Source of the DNA: a virus
Direction: 5' to 3' (one strand)
Virus record (IMG/VR): IMGVR_UViG_3300042691_033239
Coordinates: 5,650 to 69,649 of that record
Length of the DNA: 64,000 nt
Position 1 is the stretch's first letter, and the number at the start of each line of letters is the position of its first letter. The notes beneath the pieces are model-generated. The model was not told where the DNA came from and ran no database searches. It saw only the letters and a program-made list of their open reading frames with translations. Both the position numbers and the translations under genes were made by a program. Below are positions 29,236 to 39,362 of the stretch, piece after piece.

Positions 29236-29700
29236 TTATTCACCTATATTTTCAGTGGATTCCTCTTCTGATAAATCTATCAAATCATTGTTTCTGAATT
29301 TGGTAAACTCATCATAGTGAGACATCGCGATCATTGCAGCTTTAATCCTAATATCAGGCGTCGCCATCGTCAATAGGATTATCATCTTATTTCGGTCTTC
29401 CTCATCATCATACCAATTATCCATCATCCATGATGCCATCTCCAAGGCGTTTTCATGGCGATTTCTTGTAGCCTTATGGTGCGACTTTGTTCCCTTGTAT
29501 TCTTTATACAAAGAAATGAATTGCAAAACTTCTACGAATTTATCAACAAGATTATCTTGCTTAACCTTATCTTCAAAAAGTCGGAAGATATCTCTTTCAT
29601 TTTTCTTCTCCCCGTTATTCACATGAGGAAAATAAGTATCCATAGCGTACTTGTAAAGATCTAGCTGAGCCAGTCTGTTTAGAATATATTTGATACCCAT
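29236..29700 (-). CDS. hypothetical protein
   Basis: 154-aa ORF, first gene after a sigma70 promoter; AGGA SD. Confidence 0.7.
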   Translation of the reverse strand: MGIKYILNRLAQLDLYKYAMDTYFPHVNNGEKKNERDIFRLFEDKVKQDNLVDKFVEVLQFISLYKEYKGTKSHHKATRNRHENALEMASWMMDNWYDDEEDRNKMIILLTMATPDIRIKAAMIAMSHYDEFTKFRNNDLIDLSEEESTENIGE

Positions 29701-29742
29701 TTGAATTCCTACTATTGAAGTCTAAGGATCTTGACTAGGATC

Positions 29743-29772
29743 ATGGTATCACACGTGATAGGCAGGTGTCAA
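29743..29772 (-). promoter_or_regulatory. sigma70-type promoter with extended -10
   Basis: Minus strand TTGACA (29772-29767), 18 bp spacer ending TGTGA, TACCAT (29748-29743). Confidence 0.7.
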
Positions 29773-29801
29773 GGGCAAAGCGCATGGCAAGAGTTATATT
29801 T

Positions 29802-30230
29802 TTATTTCATCTTCGGTCTTTTCTGGTTAGATTTGTTAATATCTTCCTTTGAGGGTCGGATGCCACTATTCCATTGATCCTCAAATCCCTCAACAAAATC
29901 TATATAACACCATCGACAACATCCATATTTTCTATAATAGGATGAATCTAATTGATAGTCATACATACCATTATTGCACACAGGGCAAATGAATGGAGTA
30001 GACATCTGCGCACGAATAATCCTTCTAGGATGATTTGGTGGCAAATCTATCGACCAACTACCATCATAGGGATCTTCGGAATCAGGGTTGGGATTCCAAA
30101 CTCTAATTCTACCAGAGCCATCATTTAGTGGCTCCCAATATCCATTGGTTTTATATGGAAGGGAACATATTGTCCATTGCTCAGCACTGTATTTTTCGGA
30201 ATCAACTACCTTTAAATCTTTCTCAGACAC
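29802..30230 (-). CDS. Cys-rich putative Zn-binding protein
   Basis: CPVC...YGCCRWCY motif; GTG start with GAGG SD. Confidence 0.7.
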   Translation of the reverse strand: MSEKDLKVVDSEKYSAEQWTICSLPYKTNGYWEPLNDGSGRIRVWNPNPDSEDPYDGSWSIDLPPNHPRRIIRAQMSTPFICPVCNNGMYDYQLDSSYYRKYGCCRWCYIDFVEGFEDQWNSGIRPSKEDINKSNQKRPKMK

Positions 30231-30233
30231 AAA

Positions 30234-31199
30234 TTACCTCATGCTTCTTGTTCTTCTAAATGGCCTAAATGTAGCGCCTACCGTAGCATTCCATTCTACT
30301 CTAGGAGAAACCAAAGCACCAGCAAAAACATAAGAACGATTTCCAATTTCACCAGAAATAACGGGTCCAGCAAGAAATTCTGTCTGACCAGCAACGCCTG
30401 CAACTCCAATCCCAAATCTTTCATACCACCTTTCTTCCCTAACATGAGGATTTACCATCAACTGTGATATATCTAATTCCAACATATCATTTTGCTCTGC
30501 AACAAAAGCAGACCATTCTCCATCTCTATCTTGAGCAACAACAAGATCTATAACAAAAGGTTCCTGCTGGGTCAAGTCTAATTCAGCATAGGATGGATTT
30601 GTTGTTGTAAACCCTACTGCTCTAAATGGAGATTGCTCAAGATCAAAGTCAACTCTTATATTTGGCATATCTTCATTGGAAATAACTGTCTCCCCATCAA
30701 CAACTGTAGCCACAGAATTAGACTGCACGCATTGCCTTCCATTAGAAATAACCGTTGATGTAACTCTTGAATTTGTATTATTACTTGAAAACTCAACTTC
30801 TCTTAATCTCGCATTAATCTGAATTAAATCTTCTATTTTATATTCTCTATCGGAAATGACTTCCCCTAATCTTGTGTTTTCCCCAAGAACATCTTCTAGC
30901 CTTCTGTTAAGGTTTCTATTTTCTTCTGCTGCTCTTTGATATACTCCATTAGAAACTTCAATAGTGCCTTGAACTCTGGCCAATTGATTTCTTGTTTCAT
31001 TGTAATCTCTCTCTAATTTTCTTTTTGAAAGAAGAGAGTCTATTGCTATAAAAGACATCAATACAACAGCAAGGCCAGCCAAAGCCAACGAAATCATAAC
31101 CAAATTTTTTTCTATATATTTATAGAAAAATTTCTTGATAAAATATTTTACATTTTCAATTATTTTTTTCATAATATTATTCTCCACCCGCATTATCAT
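30234..31199 (-). CDS. membrane-anchored coiled-coil protein, spanin-like
   Basis: N-terminal TM helix, coiled coil, and C-terminal amphipathic beta strands (WYERFGIGVAG...VGATFRPF). The start is possibly the ATG at 31172. Confidence 0.55.
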   Translation of the reverse strand: MIMRVENNIMKKIIENVKYFIKKFFYKYIEKNLVMISLALAGLAVVLMSFIAIDSLLSKRKLERDYNETRNQLARVQGTIEVSNGVYQRAAEENRNLNRRLEDVLGENTRLGEVISDREYKIEDLIQINARLREVEFSSNNTNSRVTSTVISNGRQCVQSNSVATVVDGETVISNEDMPNIRVDFDLEQSPFRAVGFTTTNPSYAELDLTQQEPFVIDLVVAQDRDGEWSAFVAEQNDMLELDISQLMVNPHVREERWYERFGIGVAGVAGQTEFLAGPVISGEIGNRSYVFAGALVSPRVEWNATVGATFRPFRRTRSMR

Positions 31200-31602
31200 C
31201 TGGAATCGTATATGTTGCCTGCGTGTTTCTTCTCGGGCTATTATTATTTGACGGAATTGGCGGCGGCGTTGCTGTTCTCTGAGTAGTGCGATTTGATTCG
31301 TTCACTTCTGCTATACCTTCAGAGAACTTAGACACAGAATATCTTCTACCAAAATAAAGAGAAAATGTCGTGCCCAAATATGCAAGAATAATCCCTTCCG
31401 ATGGGGGCGGCCTTGTTGTTATTGTTTTTTCACCCAATACAACTGTTTCAAATATAGACAATATCATCCATCCGGTAATAACCATAAATGATATTGCTGC
31501 AAATGTTAAACTTGCGCTTGCTTCCCCGGAAGAATCTCTCATCCAAAACCAATTATCTCTTGGCCTTGCGGAAGATTCCTTGATATTTTTTTTATCAGAC
31601 AT
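31177..31602 (-). CDS. two-TM membrane protein, holin-like
   Basis: Two hydrophobic segments (LTFAAISFMVITGWMILSIF; IILAYLGTTFSLYFG) and a charged tail; ATG at 31602 with GGAG SD. Confidence 0.5.
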   Translation of the reverse strand: MSDKKNIKESSARPRDNWFWMRDSSGEASASLTFAAISFMVITGWMILSIFETVVLGEKTITTRPPPSEGIILAYLGTTFSLYFGRRYSVSKFSEGIAEVNESNRTTQRTATPPPIPSNNNSPRRNTQATYTIPDDNAGGE

Positions 31603-31672
31603 TAGGATTACGACTCTCCATTCTTCAAATTGTGCCCACCACAATTTTAAATAGAGAGTCAAGAATAGATAT

Positions 31673-33007
31673 TTATCGGAAGTTAGATTCCTTAAAAAAT
31701 GTCTGATATTCTTCTGGTAATGCTGGTGCGATGAGCTTGGCAAACATGCCTTTTTGCGGATCTAGCAAATAAGCATTAAGGCATTTCTGCGTTGACCCAT
31801 ATCCTTCACCAGAATGATAACGATCTGATCCTGCCAAAGATGGTGCCTGTTCCCATCTTACATTTGCCCTTACTTCTGTTTTGTCATGATGCCTATCTCC
31901 AGTCAGAAAAAGAACCTGTTTGAACGATGCAACCGAAGGGCTATTAGCAAGATTTGCAAATAATTCAGATTGAGTTCTTATTCCCATTGCCTGAATCTTG
32001 TCTCCGTGGTGAGTTACGATTGCTGTTTCTCCATATTGAACGCTTTGCATTCTATCATGCGCGCCAGGACTTTGAGGGTCTTTGATTCTTACCAATGGAT
32101 CATCCTTATACTTTTCCCACAGAACGTTGTATAACGCCATTGTAGCGATTGTATCGTGATTTCCCTGCATGTTTATGAGAGTGACTGGCGCGATAGATTT
32201 AAGGGCCTCTACAAGTTCTAATTTGAGTCTTGTGCCGAACATGAATATCTCGTCAAATGTTCCATCGCAATCCTGTACCGTTCCCCTTGTTGTTGAATTT
32301 GCAAAGTTATCGATATGATACCAGTCAGATCCAAAAGGAAGGAATATTCTTTCTGGCCTTCCGAACCTCATAACGTTCTCTAGGATTTCATTGAGCTTTT
32401 TGTTCAACATATTCACAGCAACATATCTGTTATATGGATAAAGAGTGTGTGAAAGATCAGAGCCGAACTTCCCATAGTGAAAATCAGTTACAGGAAGGAT
32501 AAGGCCATATTTCTCTTTCTCGACATAAGAAGGAATTTCTATATTCATTCCCGAAGGAGTTTGGAAAGCATCAATATGCTCTGCTACCATCATATTGAAT
32601 GATTCTCTTATCTTTCTCCACTTCATTGCATCCGATTGAACCAATTCATTCTTCTTCTCACTAATTTGTTTTCTAATAGAAACAACTTCTTTCTCTTTTA
32701 TCTCGGATGCCAATTGATCTACTGTCTTAGTAGACAACTCTGAGTCTGAGAAATATTCTGAGTCATGTGTGATATTAAGCATTGATAATATCTTTTTCAC
32801 TACAGTTTTATTGAGAGACAATAAATCCGATAATTCAGATATTGTTAATCCACTTCCCTCATCAGAATATAATTTTCTAATAGCGTCAATACAATCAGGG
32901 GAAAGTTCATAAGTCTTTGTTCCCACAACAAGATATGTATTTTGAGGAACGTAATCCGATCCACTCGATATTGCAGGTAATTCTTTTACTACGATTTTAG
33001 AACTCAT
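31673..33007 (-). CDS. metallophosphoesterase/nuclease with N-terminal HTH-like region
   Basis: TDFHYG, GSDWYH, GNHD, HHGD and GDRHH motifs; LTISELSDLLSLNKTVVKKIL is HTH-like. Confidence 0.8.
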   Translation of the reverse strand: MSSKIVVKELPAISSGSDYVPQNTYLVVGTKTYELSPDCIDAIRKLYSDEGSGLTISELSDLLSLNKTVVKKILSMLNITHDSEYFSDSELSTKTVDQLASEIKEKEVVSIRKQISEKKNELVQSDAMKWRKIRESFNMMVAEHIDAFQTPSGMNIEIPSYVEKEKYGLILPVTDFHYGKFGSDLSHTLYPYNRYVAVNMLNKKLNEILENVMRFGRPERIFLPFGSDWYHIDNFANSTTRGTVQDCDGTFDEIFMFGTRLKLELVEALKSIAPVTLINMQGNHDTIATMALYNVLWEKYKDDPLVRIKDPQSPGAHDRMQSVQYGETAIVTHHGDKIQAMGIRTQSELFANLANSPSVASFKQVLFLTGDRHHDKTEVRANVRWEQAPSLAGSDRYHSGEGYGSTQKCLNAYLLDPQKGMFAKLIAPALPEEYQTFFKESNFR

Positions 33008-33073
33008 CTTTTATTTATCCTATGTTATTTTGGAAGTGCCCATCGCTATTATTGACACATGGACACCATCTGT

Positions 33074-36000
33074 TTATACATTACCGTATCTTACATTAGA
33101 ATAGCCTTGGGCGTCAACATTAACATTGATAACATGGTCCACAAGATCTTTGATGGCGTCTATATGAGAGATAATGACGATGTTTTTGAAGCGAGACTTA
33201 AGTGACTCGAACAATTTTCCTATGACCATTCTATTATCATCATCTAAAGCACTAAATCCTTCATCTATAATAAGCGTAGAGAACTTAGGCAATGTGCTTA
33301 TCTTTAACAATGCGACTCTTATAGCCAATGAGGCAATCATCCTTTCAAAACCAGAAGCCAATTCAATATATCTTCTTGGCTTATATTCTTCATCAATATA
33401 AATTCTAAATTTAGGATCTTTCAAATCAAATAATACAGTAAATGGAACGGCATCCGCAAGAATATCATTTATTTCCATATTAATAATATCTTGCATATCT
33501 TCCAATACTTTTTGAACAATGCCATTTCTGGACAATGCCTCTATGATTAATTCATACACTTGATATTCATCTCTTGCGGATTTAAGATTTGATAATTCTT
33601 TTTCCAATACTTCAATTTGTCTTTCTATATTTCCAGACATTTTATTCATATTATCTTTATCATTCTTTTCAGACGCTAACATTTTCTTTGCATTGTCTAC
33701 TAATAATTTAGTATTTTTTATTTTTTCTAATATTTCTTTTTTTTCATTATTTAAATCTTCTATATCAACAGAGTTTTCTAATTTTTCATTAAAGACTCCA
33801 AGTAATTCTGTTTTTGTTTTAATTTGATTAGAAGCCAATTCTAATTTATTTTCAAAATTAGATATTATATTTTCTGTTTCTTTGATAGACTTATCAAAAG
33901 AATAATATCTATTGACCATTTGGCTTTTAATAAGAATATCATTTTGAATAAATGATATTTCATTTTCATCAAGAAGAGGATATTGATTTATCTTATCTTC
34001 TAGATCCTTAATCTTCCCTCTAGCTTCAAAAGCATTTGAGATAAATTTGCATGTTGGGTATTCATTCCCACAAGGAACTTCAGACAAAGGATTCGCAAGC
34101 TTTCTTAGATTTTCTAAATCTTTCTTAAGACTATTTACTTTGTTTTTATCTTCATTATTTTTTGAAATTCTTGCATTATGGTCGATAATAATATCTTCAT
34201 TTTTCTCTATATCCGAAAAACTAATATTTTCTTTTTCTTTTATCAGAGATTGAAGTTGCCTTTTACTTTCCTCTACTTGAGAATTTATTTTAGATAATCC
34301 GGTTTTTAATATATTGATTTCATTATTACATTTTTCTATATCCGCAATAATATTACTTTTTATATTATTCTTGTGAGATGCAATTTTATCATCAATTGCT
34401 TTAAGCTGAAATTCTTCCGTGGCCAAGACACTCATGATTTGATCATAAGATGTTGTGAGAATTTCTATCTGTTTATTTTTTTCTTCAATGTCTAGTATAT
34501 TTTTAGCTAAAGATTGTTTGTTATTTTCTATATCAATCAAAATATCTGATTCTTGCCTTTTATTATTAGAAACTTTGGATTTAATAGGTGCGGCCATTGA
34601 TTTAGCAATTTCCATCTGTTGATCAAAGAAATCTAAATCAAGAACATTAATCAAATAATCCTTCCTTGGTGATTCAGTCATATATATAAATTTATGAATT
34701 TGATCTTGCGGGGATATACTTGTTGTTACATAATCTTCCATAGATCCAATCACAGACTGAATCACTGTGTCTGTTTTTTGTCTTTGGATACTGCTTATAT
34801 CTTCTGAATTCTTATAGATCTTAACATTCGTCTTAGACTTACCACGATCTCCTGCATCTTTCGCATCGCTTTCTTTCCATTCATAATCTCGTTCTATTGT
34901 ATATTCAGTTCCGGCAGAATTTAGAGTTAATTTGATAGATCCATAATTACACCGATTATTTACCGCATAGGCTGGGCTTGGAATTCTTCGAGAAAGATTG
35001 TTGAATGCGCAGAGAAGAATATTATCCACAACAGAAGACTTTCCTATTGCGTTTGGACCAAATATACCAACAACACCATTAAGAAGTGAGAAGTCAATAT
35101 AGTTATCTGTTCCATAAGAAAACATATTATCAAATTCAAGTCTGTTTATATCAAACATGACATTTCTTATTTGTTTTTCTTTATCTTGCGTTTCGACAGA
35201 TGAAGATATTTGATGATATATTTCTTCATGAATTTCGAGAACTTTATCTTTTACTTCGCTTGAAGTATTTTTATATCTACAAAAATCATTTAATAATCTT
35301 TTTTGAATATTTAAATCTCTATAATTGATATTATGATCAGAAATGTGGTTATTGCCGGCACTTAATTTATCATACTTTTTAATAATTCTTTTTTCTTTTG
35401 GTAAGAATTTTGTAATAATCGGAGATATGATATTTTGAATTTCAGCATCACTAAGATCATCTTCAATAATGAATCGACCGTATGCATTCTGTGGAGGATC
35501 CTGATCTAATGTGCTGTAGGATACTTTACCATTTCTCACTGTATATGTAATAAATGGACACATATCATCTATTTTAATAAATTCTTTTTTATATTCAGTT
35601 TTAGATGAAATATCCCAAATAAAATATCCTTTGTCATTTGCCTCTCCATAATCTTGTTGAATTAAAGATCCGGCATACCAAATGCTATCGTCATTGCCAA
35701 TAGATTGTTTCTTGTGAATGTCTCCCAAGAATGTATAATCAAAAGGATCAAATATATCTGCATTTATTTTTGTTTCTAGCTTATAACCAACATCTGTTTT
35801 ACTGCCATTGATAGCGCCATGGTACATTCCTATATTAATTTTATCTTCTGATAATCTTGAATATACCTTTTCATTCCATTCCTCTGATGAGTCAAGAATG
35901 GACAAATTGCAAAAACAAATATTACCAAACTCCGCTATTCCTGAATATTTCAGATATTGTATTCTATCTGATTCAAGTGCATTGTAAATGGGAGTAATTG

Positions 36001-36274
36001 CGTCTTGCCTTTTCTGATTAGAAAGATTGATATCATGATTACCCATGATCATAATAAGAGGAGCAATGTCTGATAGATTTTTAATGAAATTTGCCGCCAA
36101 TTCAAAATATTCAGCAGATAGATTTTCTTTTGTATGCGCAAGATCACCTAACATACAGATATAATCTACATTGTTTTCTTTTAATGATCTGTATAGATGA
36201 TTGAATGAGTATTTGTATCTATCGTGGTATCTAAAATTACGTATATGAATATCTGAAATATGTGCTATCTTCAT
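33074..36274 (-). CDS. fused SbcD-SbcC (Mre11-Rad50; T4 gp47-gp46-like) nuclease-ATPase
   Basis: SDIH, GDLAH, GNHD and LGDIH, then Walker A GPNAIGKSS, Q-loop, coiled coils, ASGFE signature, IIDEGFSALD and ISH. Confidence 0.92.
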   Translation of the reverse strand: MKIAHISDIHIRNFRYHDRYKYSFNHLYRSLKENNVDYICMLGDLAHTKENLSAEYFELAANFIKNLSDIAPLIMIMGNHDINLSNQKRQDAITPIYNALESDRIQYLKYSGIAEFGNICFCNLSILDSSEEWNEKVYSRLSEDKINIGMYHGAINGSKTDVGYKLETKINADIFDPFDYTFLGDIHKKQSIGNDDSIWYAGSLIQQDYGEANDKGYFIWDISSKTEYKKEFIKIDDMCPFITYTVRNGKVSYSTLDQDPPQNAYGRFIIEDDLSDAEIQNIISPIITKFLPKEKRIIKKYDKLSAGNNHISDHNINYRDLNIQKRLLNDFCRYKNTSSEVKDKVLEIHEEIYHQISSSVETQDKEKQIRNVMFDINRLEFDNMFSYGTDNYIDFSLLNGVVGIFGPNAIGKSSVVDNILLCAFNNLSRRIPSPAYAVNNRCNYGSIKLTLNSAGTEYTIERDYEWKESDAKDAGDRGKSKTNVKIYKNSEDISSIQRQKTDTVIQSVIGSMEDYVTTSISPQDQIHKFIYMTESPRKDYLINVLDLDFFDQQMEIAKSMAAPIKSKVSNNKRQESDILIDIENNKQSLAKNILDIEEKNKQIEILTTSYDQIMSVLATEEFQLKAIDDKIASHKNNIKSNIIADIEKCNNEINILKTGLSKINSQVEESKRQLQSLIKEKENISFSDIEKNEDIIIDHNARISKNNEDKNKVNSLKKDLENLRKLANPLSEVPCGNEYPTCKFISNAFEARGKIKDLEDKINQYPLLDENEISFIQNDILIKSQMVNRYYSFDKSIKETENIISNFENKLELASNQIKTKTELLGVFNEKLENSVDIEDLNNEKKEILEKIKNTKLLVDNAKKMLASEKNDKDNMNKMSGNIERQIEVLEKELSNLKSARDEYQVYELIIEALSRNGIVQKVLEDMQDIINMEINDILADAVPFTVLFDLKDPKFRIYIDEEYKPRRYIELASGFERMIASLAIRVALLKISTLPKFSTLIIDEGFSALDDDNRMVIGKLFESLKSRFKNIVIISHIDAIKDLVDHVINVNVDAQGYSNVRYGNV

Positions 36275-36837
36275 TTTAACCCGTATTTTGCTAGTATATA
36301 ACTATCGGCCCTATCTCCACACCATATAGCCCAATTATCATGACTTGTCTTCTTAAATCCTAGTTCCTCCGATGATTGCTCCGATAGGCAAAAGTCAATC
36401 ATAATTCCTTTAATCATTTTCTTACGATCATAATCTGAGACTTCATCGGGAATTTGAGGTATCACTATTTTTTGCGCCGCCCTTGCGGTCCTTGAATCCA
36501 CAAATATAGGATTTTTGCCTAATTGACTTTCTGTATCTCTATAAACATCATAGCATATATACCCAACAAGAGAATTAAATCTATGCAGCGTTATCAATGT
36601 ATTTGTACTTGAAGAAGTGTGCATAGATTTAATTGCGGCTTCTATAATAATTTTATTTGGAATTATTTCTAATTTTTTATATTCTAATAATTCTTTTTTA
36701 AAAATATCTGTCATTTCATAATGAGAATCAACATCAGATAAATCCAAGTGAGATATTTTTATTATCTTTTTTTCAGAAGACAAGAGACAAATACCTATTG
36801 TTGTTGTTGATGCGTCTATGCCAAGTGAATACTTCAT
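36271..36837 (-). CDS. RuvC-like Holliday junction resolvase
   Basis: GIDASTTTIG, IIIE and DRADS acidic RNase H-fold motifs. Confidence 0.75.
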   Translation of the reverse strand: MKYSLGIDASTTTIGICLLSSEKKIIKISHLDLSDVDSHYEMTDIFKKELLEYKKLEIIPNKIIIEAAIKSMHTSSSTNTLITLHRFNSLVGYICYDVYRDTESQLGKNPIFVDSRTARAAQKIVIPQIPDEVSDYDRKKMIKGIMIDFCLSEQSSEELGFKKTSHDNWAIWCGDRADSYILAKYGLK

Positions 36838-38006
36838 TACGTAACAGTAATAACATATGCGTTTCTTATTTGCAATATACCATTTCCACTGGTTGTTCTC
36901 CTGGAAACAAATCTAACTCTATTCGAAGTTGGCAAGCCCATAGATGAAGTTGAATTAGATCTTTTATGAGCATGGTATACATTTCCATCACGAAAGATTC
37001 TTGCGCCTGCTAATGTTGTTGAAGATCTACCATTGTCTATTACTTCAATTAAAGAAGGTGAGCTAATTAAAGATGGAAGATATGTTCCCCCAGCGGAACC
37101 GCCACCTCCTAAAATACCAGTAACATTTTGTAAATTATTTAAACCGTCCGTAAATGCAAATTGCACTCCTACCGTTCCATATTGCTCCGCATAAAGAGCA
37201 AGTGTTCCGTCGCCCACCTCAAATCCAGTTGCGGCGTCATGCGCAGGTGTTGCTCTCATTTCCGCGCGAGAATAAATTCGAGTCCCGGATGCCACGAGAT
37301 TTATTAATGTATCAATAGAGGCAATACCGTTTCCGGATGAAGTGGTAAATTCCGTATATCCGCTTCCGCCAGAATCTCCAGTTACCGTTCCGTGTGTCTG
37401 AACAGTTGTCCATCCTTGCGCCGTTCTTGCCGCTGAATCTTCTGTACCTAATAGGTACGCTCTTAAAACCGGACTTGCAGAAGATATATCAGGCGGAATC
37501 CATATACTTCTTGATATTGAATCTGGTGTAGATGCGGCTATAAAATTATGATATACATATGTTCTATTATTTAAAATTCCATAATCACCTACTGCCACTG
37601 CCGGATCAACTGTATTTAAATCCGCTAATTGCCATATTATTCCTTTGCCTATTTGAATAAAAACAGATCCGTTGTAATAATATCTGACAGCGGATTGATC
37701 ATCTACGGCACCTACCGCTATAATTGCGCCACTAACAATAGTATATGTAGACTGCAATGTTGCCAAATTTGAAAAATTACTAACTCTGGCTGAGACTAAT
37801 TCCCAAGTAGATGTTGACCCATTATATGAAAAAATAGCTGGCCCTTCCGTGGATAAAATATTTGTAACTGTAATTCTATCTCCATCCTCCGCGCCCATGG
37901 AAGACGTTGGTAATTCAGAATCGTTAGATATGGTTGGCCATATATATCCATAATCCTGTGGTTGCCTTTTTATTCCGCCCGTTCCATTTTTATATATTAT
38001 TGCCAT
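36837..38006 (-). CDS. putative fibre/receptor-binding protein
   Basis: N-terminal LP...GD.I.V.....Y......W repeat shared with the next gene; T/S/G-rich beta C-terminal domain. Confidence 0.55.
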   Translation of the reverse strand: MAIIYKNGTGGIKRQPQDYGYIWPTISNDSELPTSSMGAEDGDRITVTNILSTEGPAIFSYNGSTSTWELVSARVSNFSNLATLQSTYTIVSGAIIAVGAVDDQSAVRYYYNGSVFIQIGKGIIWQLADLNTVDPAVAVGDYGILNNRTYVYHNFIAASTPDSISRSIWIPPDISSASPVLRAYLLGTEDSAARTAQGWTTVQTHGTVTGDSGGSGYTEFTTSSGNGIASIDTLINLVASGTRIYSRAEMRATPAHDAATGFEVGDGTLALYAEQYGTVGVQFAFTDGLNNLQNVTGILGGGGSAGGTYLPSLISSPSLIEVIDNGRSSTTLAGARIFRDGNVYHAHKRSNSTSSMGLPTSNRVRFVSRRTTSGNGILQIRNAYVITVT

Positions 38007-38014
38007 ATTTTATA

Positions 38015-39349
38015 TTATGACCCCACCTGTATGATAGTTTCGGATGTTAATGATATATTATATGTATCCATTTCGTCAGTAATAAAACTATTCATATCAT
38101 CAACAGTATCAAAATAAGCAAATATCAAATCGTATGTTCCTAAAGAACCATTTACTTTAACGGTTCCATAAGAATTTGAATATCCTAAATCTAATATTTT
38201 TATTTCATCATTATCTAAAATCCACCCACCAGCATTTGCATTAATATTATCTAAATCTGTTATATTAGGTAAATTATTCCATATAAAAGGAATACCCAAA
38301 AATGATCTTTTCCAATCTGTAACGTTAGGGCCACCCTTAATATATGAGCCAACAATTATATCATAAGACCATGCGGAAGAAATATCATCTAATGAAAAAT
38401 ATATAGCAGATAAGAATCCTGCATATTCTGTATCGGCAGGGTCAAAGGATATAAAATTAAAATAAATATCTATAAGACTTTCCCATTGGGGAGGTTCAAT
38501 TTCACTATTATAAGAAAATAATTTTACATAATTATTATTTAAGTTATCTTCCACAAGCCTAAGATCGAAATTAGACAGCGCAACAAGATCATTTGAAAGA
38601 TCACTATAAGATGTTACTGGATTATCATAATAATAATAACTAACATTATAAGGAACCCTATCCCACCCATCATTACTTGAATTCCTTATGTAAGGAATCT
38701 TGCCGGCAGCAGAAGAATCAAGATCGTTAACTATATATGCTCTGGAAACATCAGCGACGGTAGGCTCTGAATATCCATCCATCTCGGAAAACGTATTAAA
38801 ATATCCTATATTTAAATTCCATATAAAACCATCATACATGGTTAGATAATATAAATTACCATCACCCGGATTGACTAAAACTGTATCATTTTGCTCAGCG
38901 CCGTCAGAGCTATCAGGAAGAGCAGTAAAATCTGTATAAAAATCTGGAACGCCCGTATTCCAACCAACACTAGATTTTGTAATATATCTAATCCATGTGT
39001 CTTTATCAAAATCAAAAAAATAAGGATTTAGATATTCCTCATCGCCATTTATTACAACATATCCGATTGCAAATTCATATAAATTTAATGTAGGAAAATT
39101 ATTTCTATCAGATTCTCTTACAATTGATATTTCCCATGTATTAATATCATCATTGTAGCGATATGTATAGTTATCTGCCATTACCGTGCATAAATCGCCA
39201 TTTCTTAAATTTTCATTTGGCAATTCTTCAAAAGTGGCAACATCTGCCCATATTGTTGATTGACCTAATTCGCCACCACCAATAATATCTGAAGTTAATT
39301 GTCCTTTAACTCCATAGACTCTCTTATATCTGCTTACTAGTATTGCCAT
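38015..39349 (-). CDS. putative fibre protein with internal repeats
   Basis: Repeated units such as VATFEELPNENLRNGDLCTV..YTYRY......W and FTALPDSSDGAEQNDTVLV. Confidence 0.55.
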   Translation of the reverse strand: MAILVSRYKRVYGVKGQLTSDIIGGGELGQSTIWADVATFEELPNENLRNGDLCTVMADNYTYRYNDDINTWEISIVRESDRNNFPTLNLYEFAIGYVVINGDEEYLNPYFFDFDKDTWIRYITKSSVGWNTGVPDFYTDFTALPDSSDGAEQNDTVLVNPGDGNLYYLTMYDGFIWNLNIGYFNTFSEMDGYSEPTVADVSRAYIVNDLDSSAAGKIPYIRNSSNDGWDRVPYNVSYYYYDNPVTSYSDLSNDLVALSNFDLRLVEDNLNNNYVKLFSYNSEIEPPQWESLIDIYFNFISFDPADTEYAGFLSAIYFSLDDISSAWSYDIIVGSYIKGGPNVTDWKRSFLGIPFIWNNLPNITDLDNINANAGGWILDNDEIKILDLGYSNSYGTVKVNGSLGTYDLIFAYFDTVDDMNSFITDEMDTYNISLTSETIIQVGS

Positions 39350-39362
39350 ATATAATAATTAG

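Noticed and set aside
13910-33066. Shared words TTATTGACAC and ATGGACA near 13911-13937 and 33049-33065
   Set aside because: Only two instances with different spacing, so it cannot be distinguished from chance.
36837-39349. Possible diversity-generating retroelement target
   Set aside because: No reverse transcriptase and no near-identical template/variable repeat pair seen in the window. The repeats are protein-level only.
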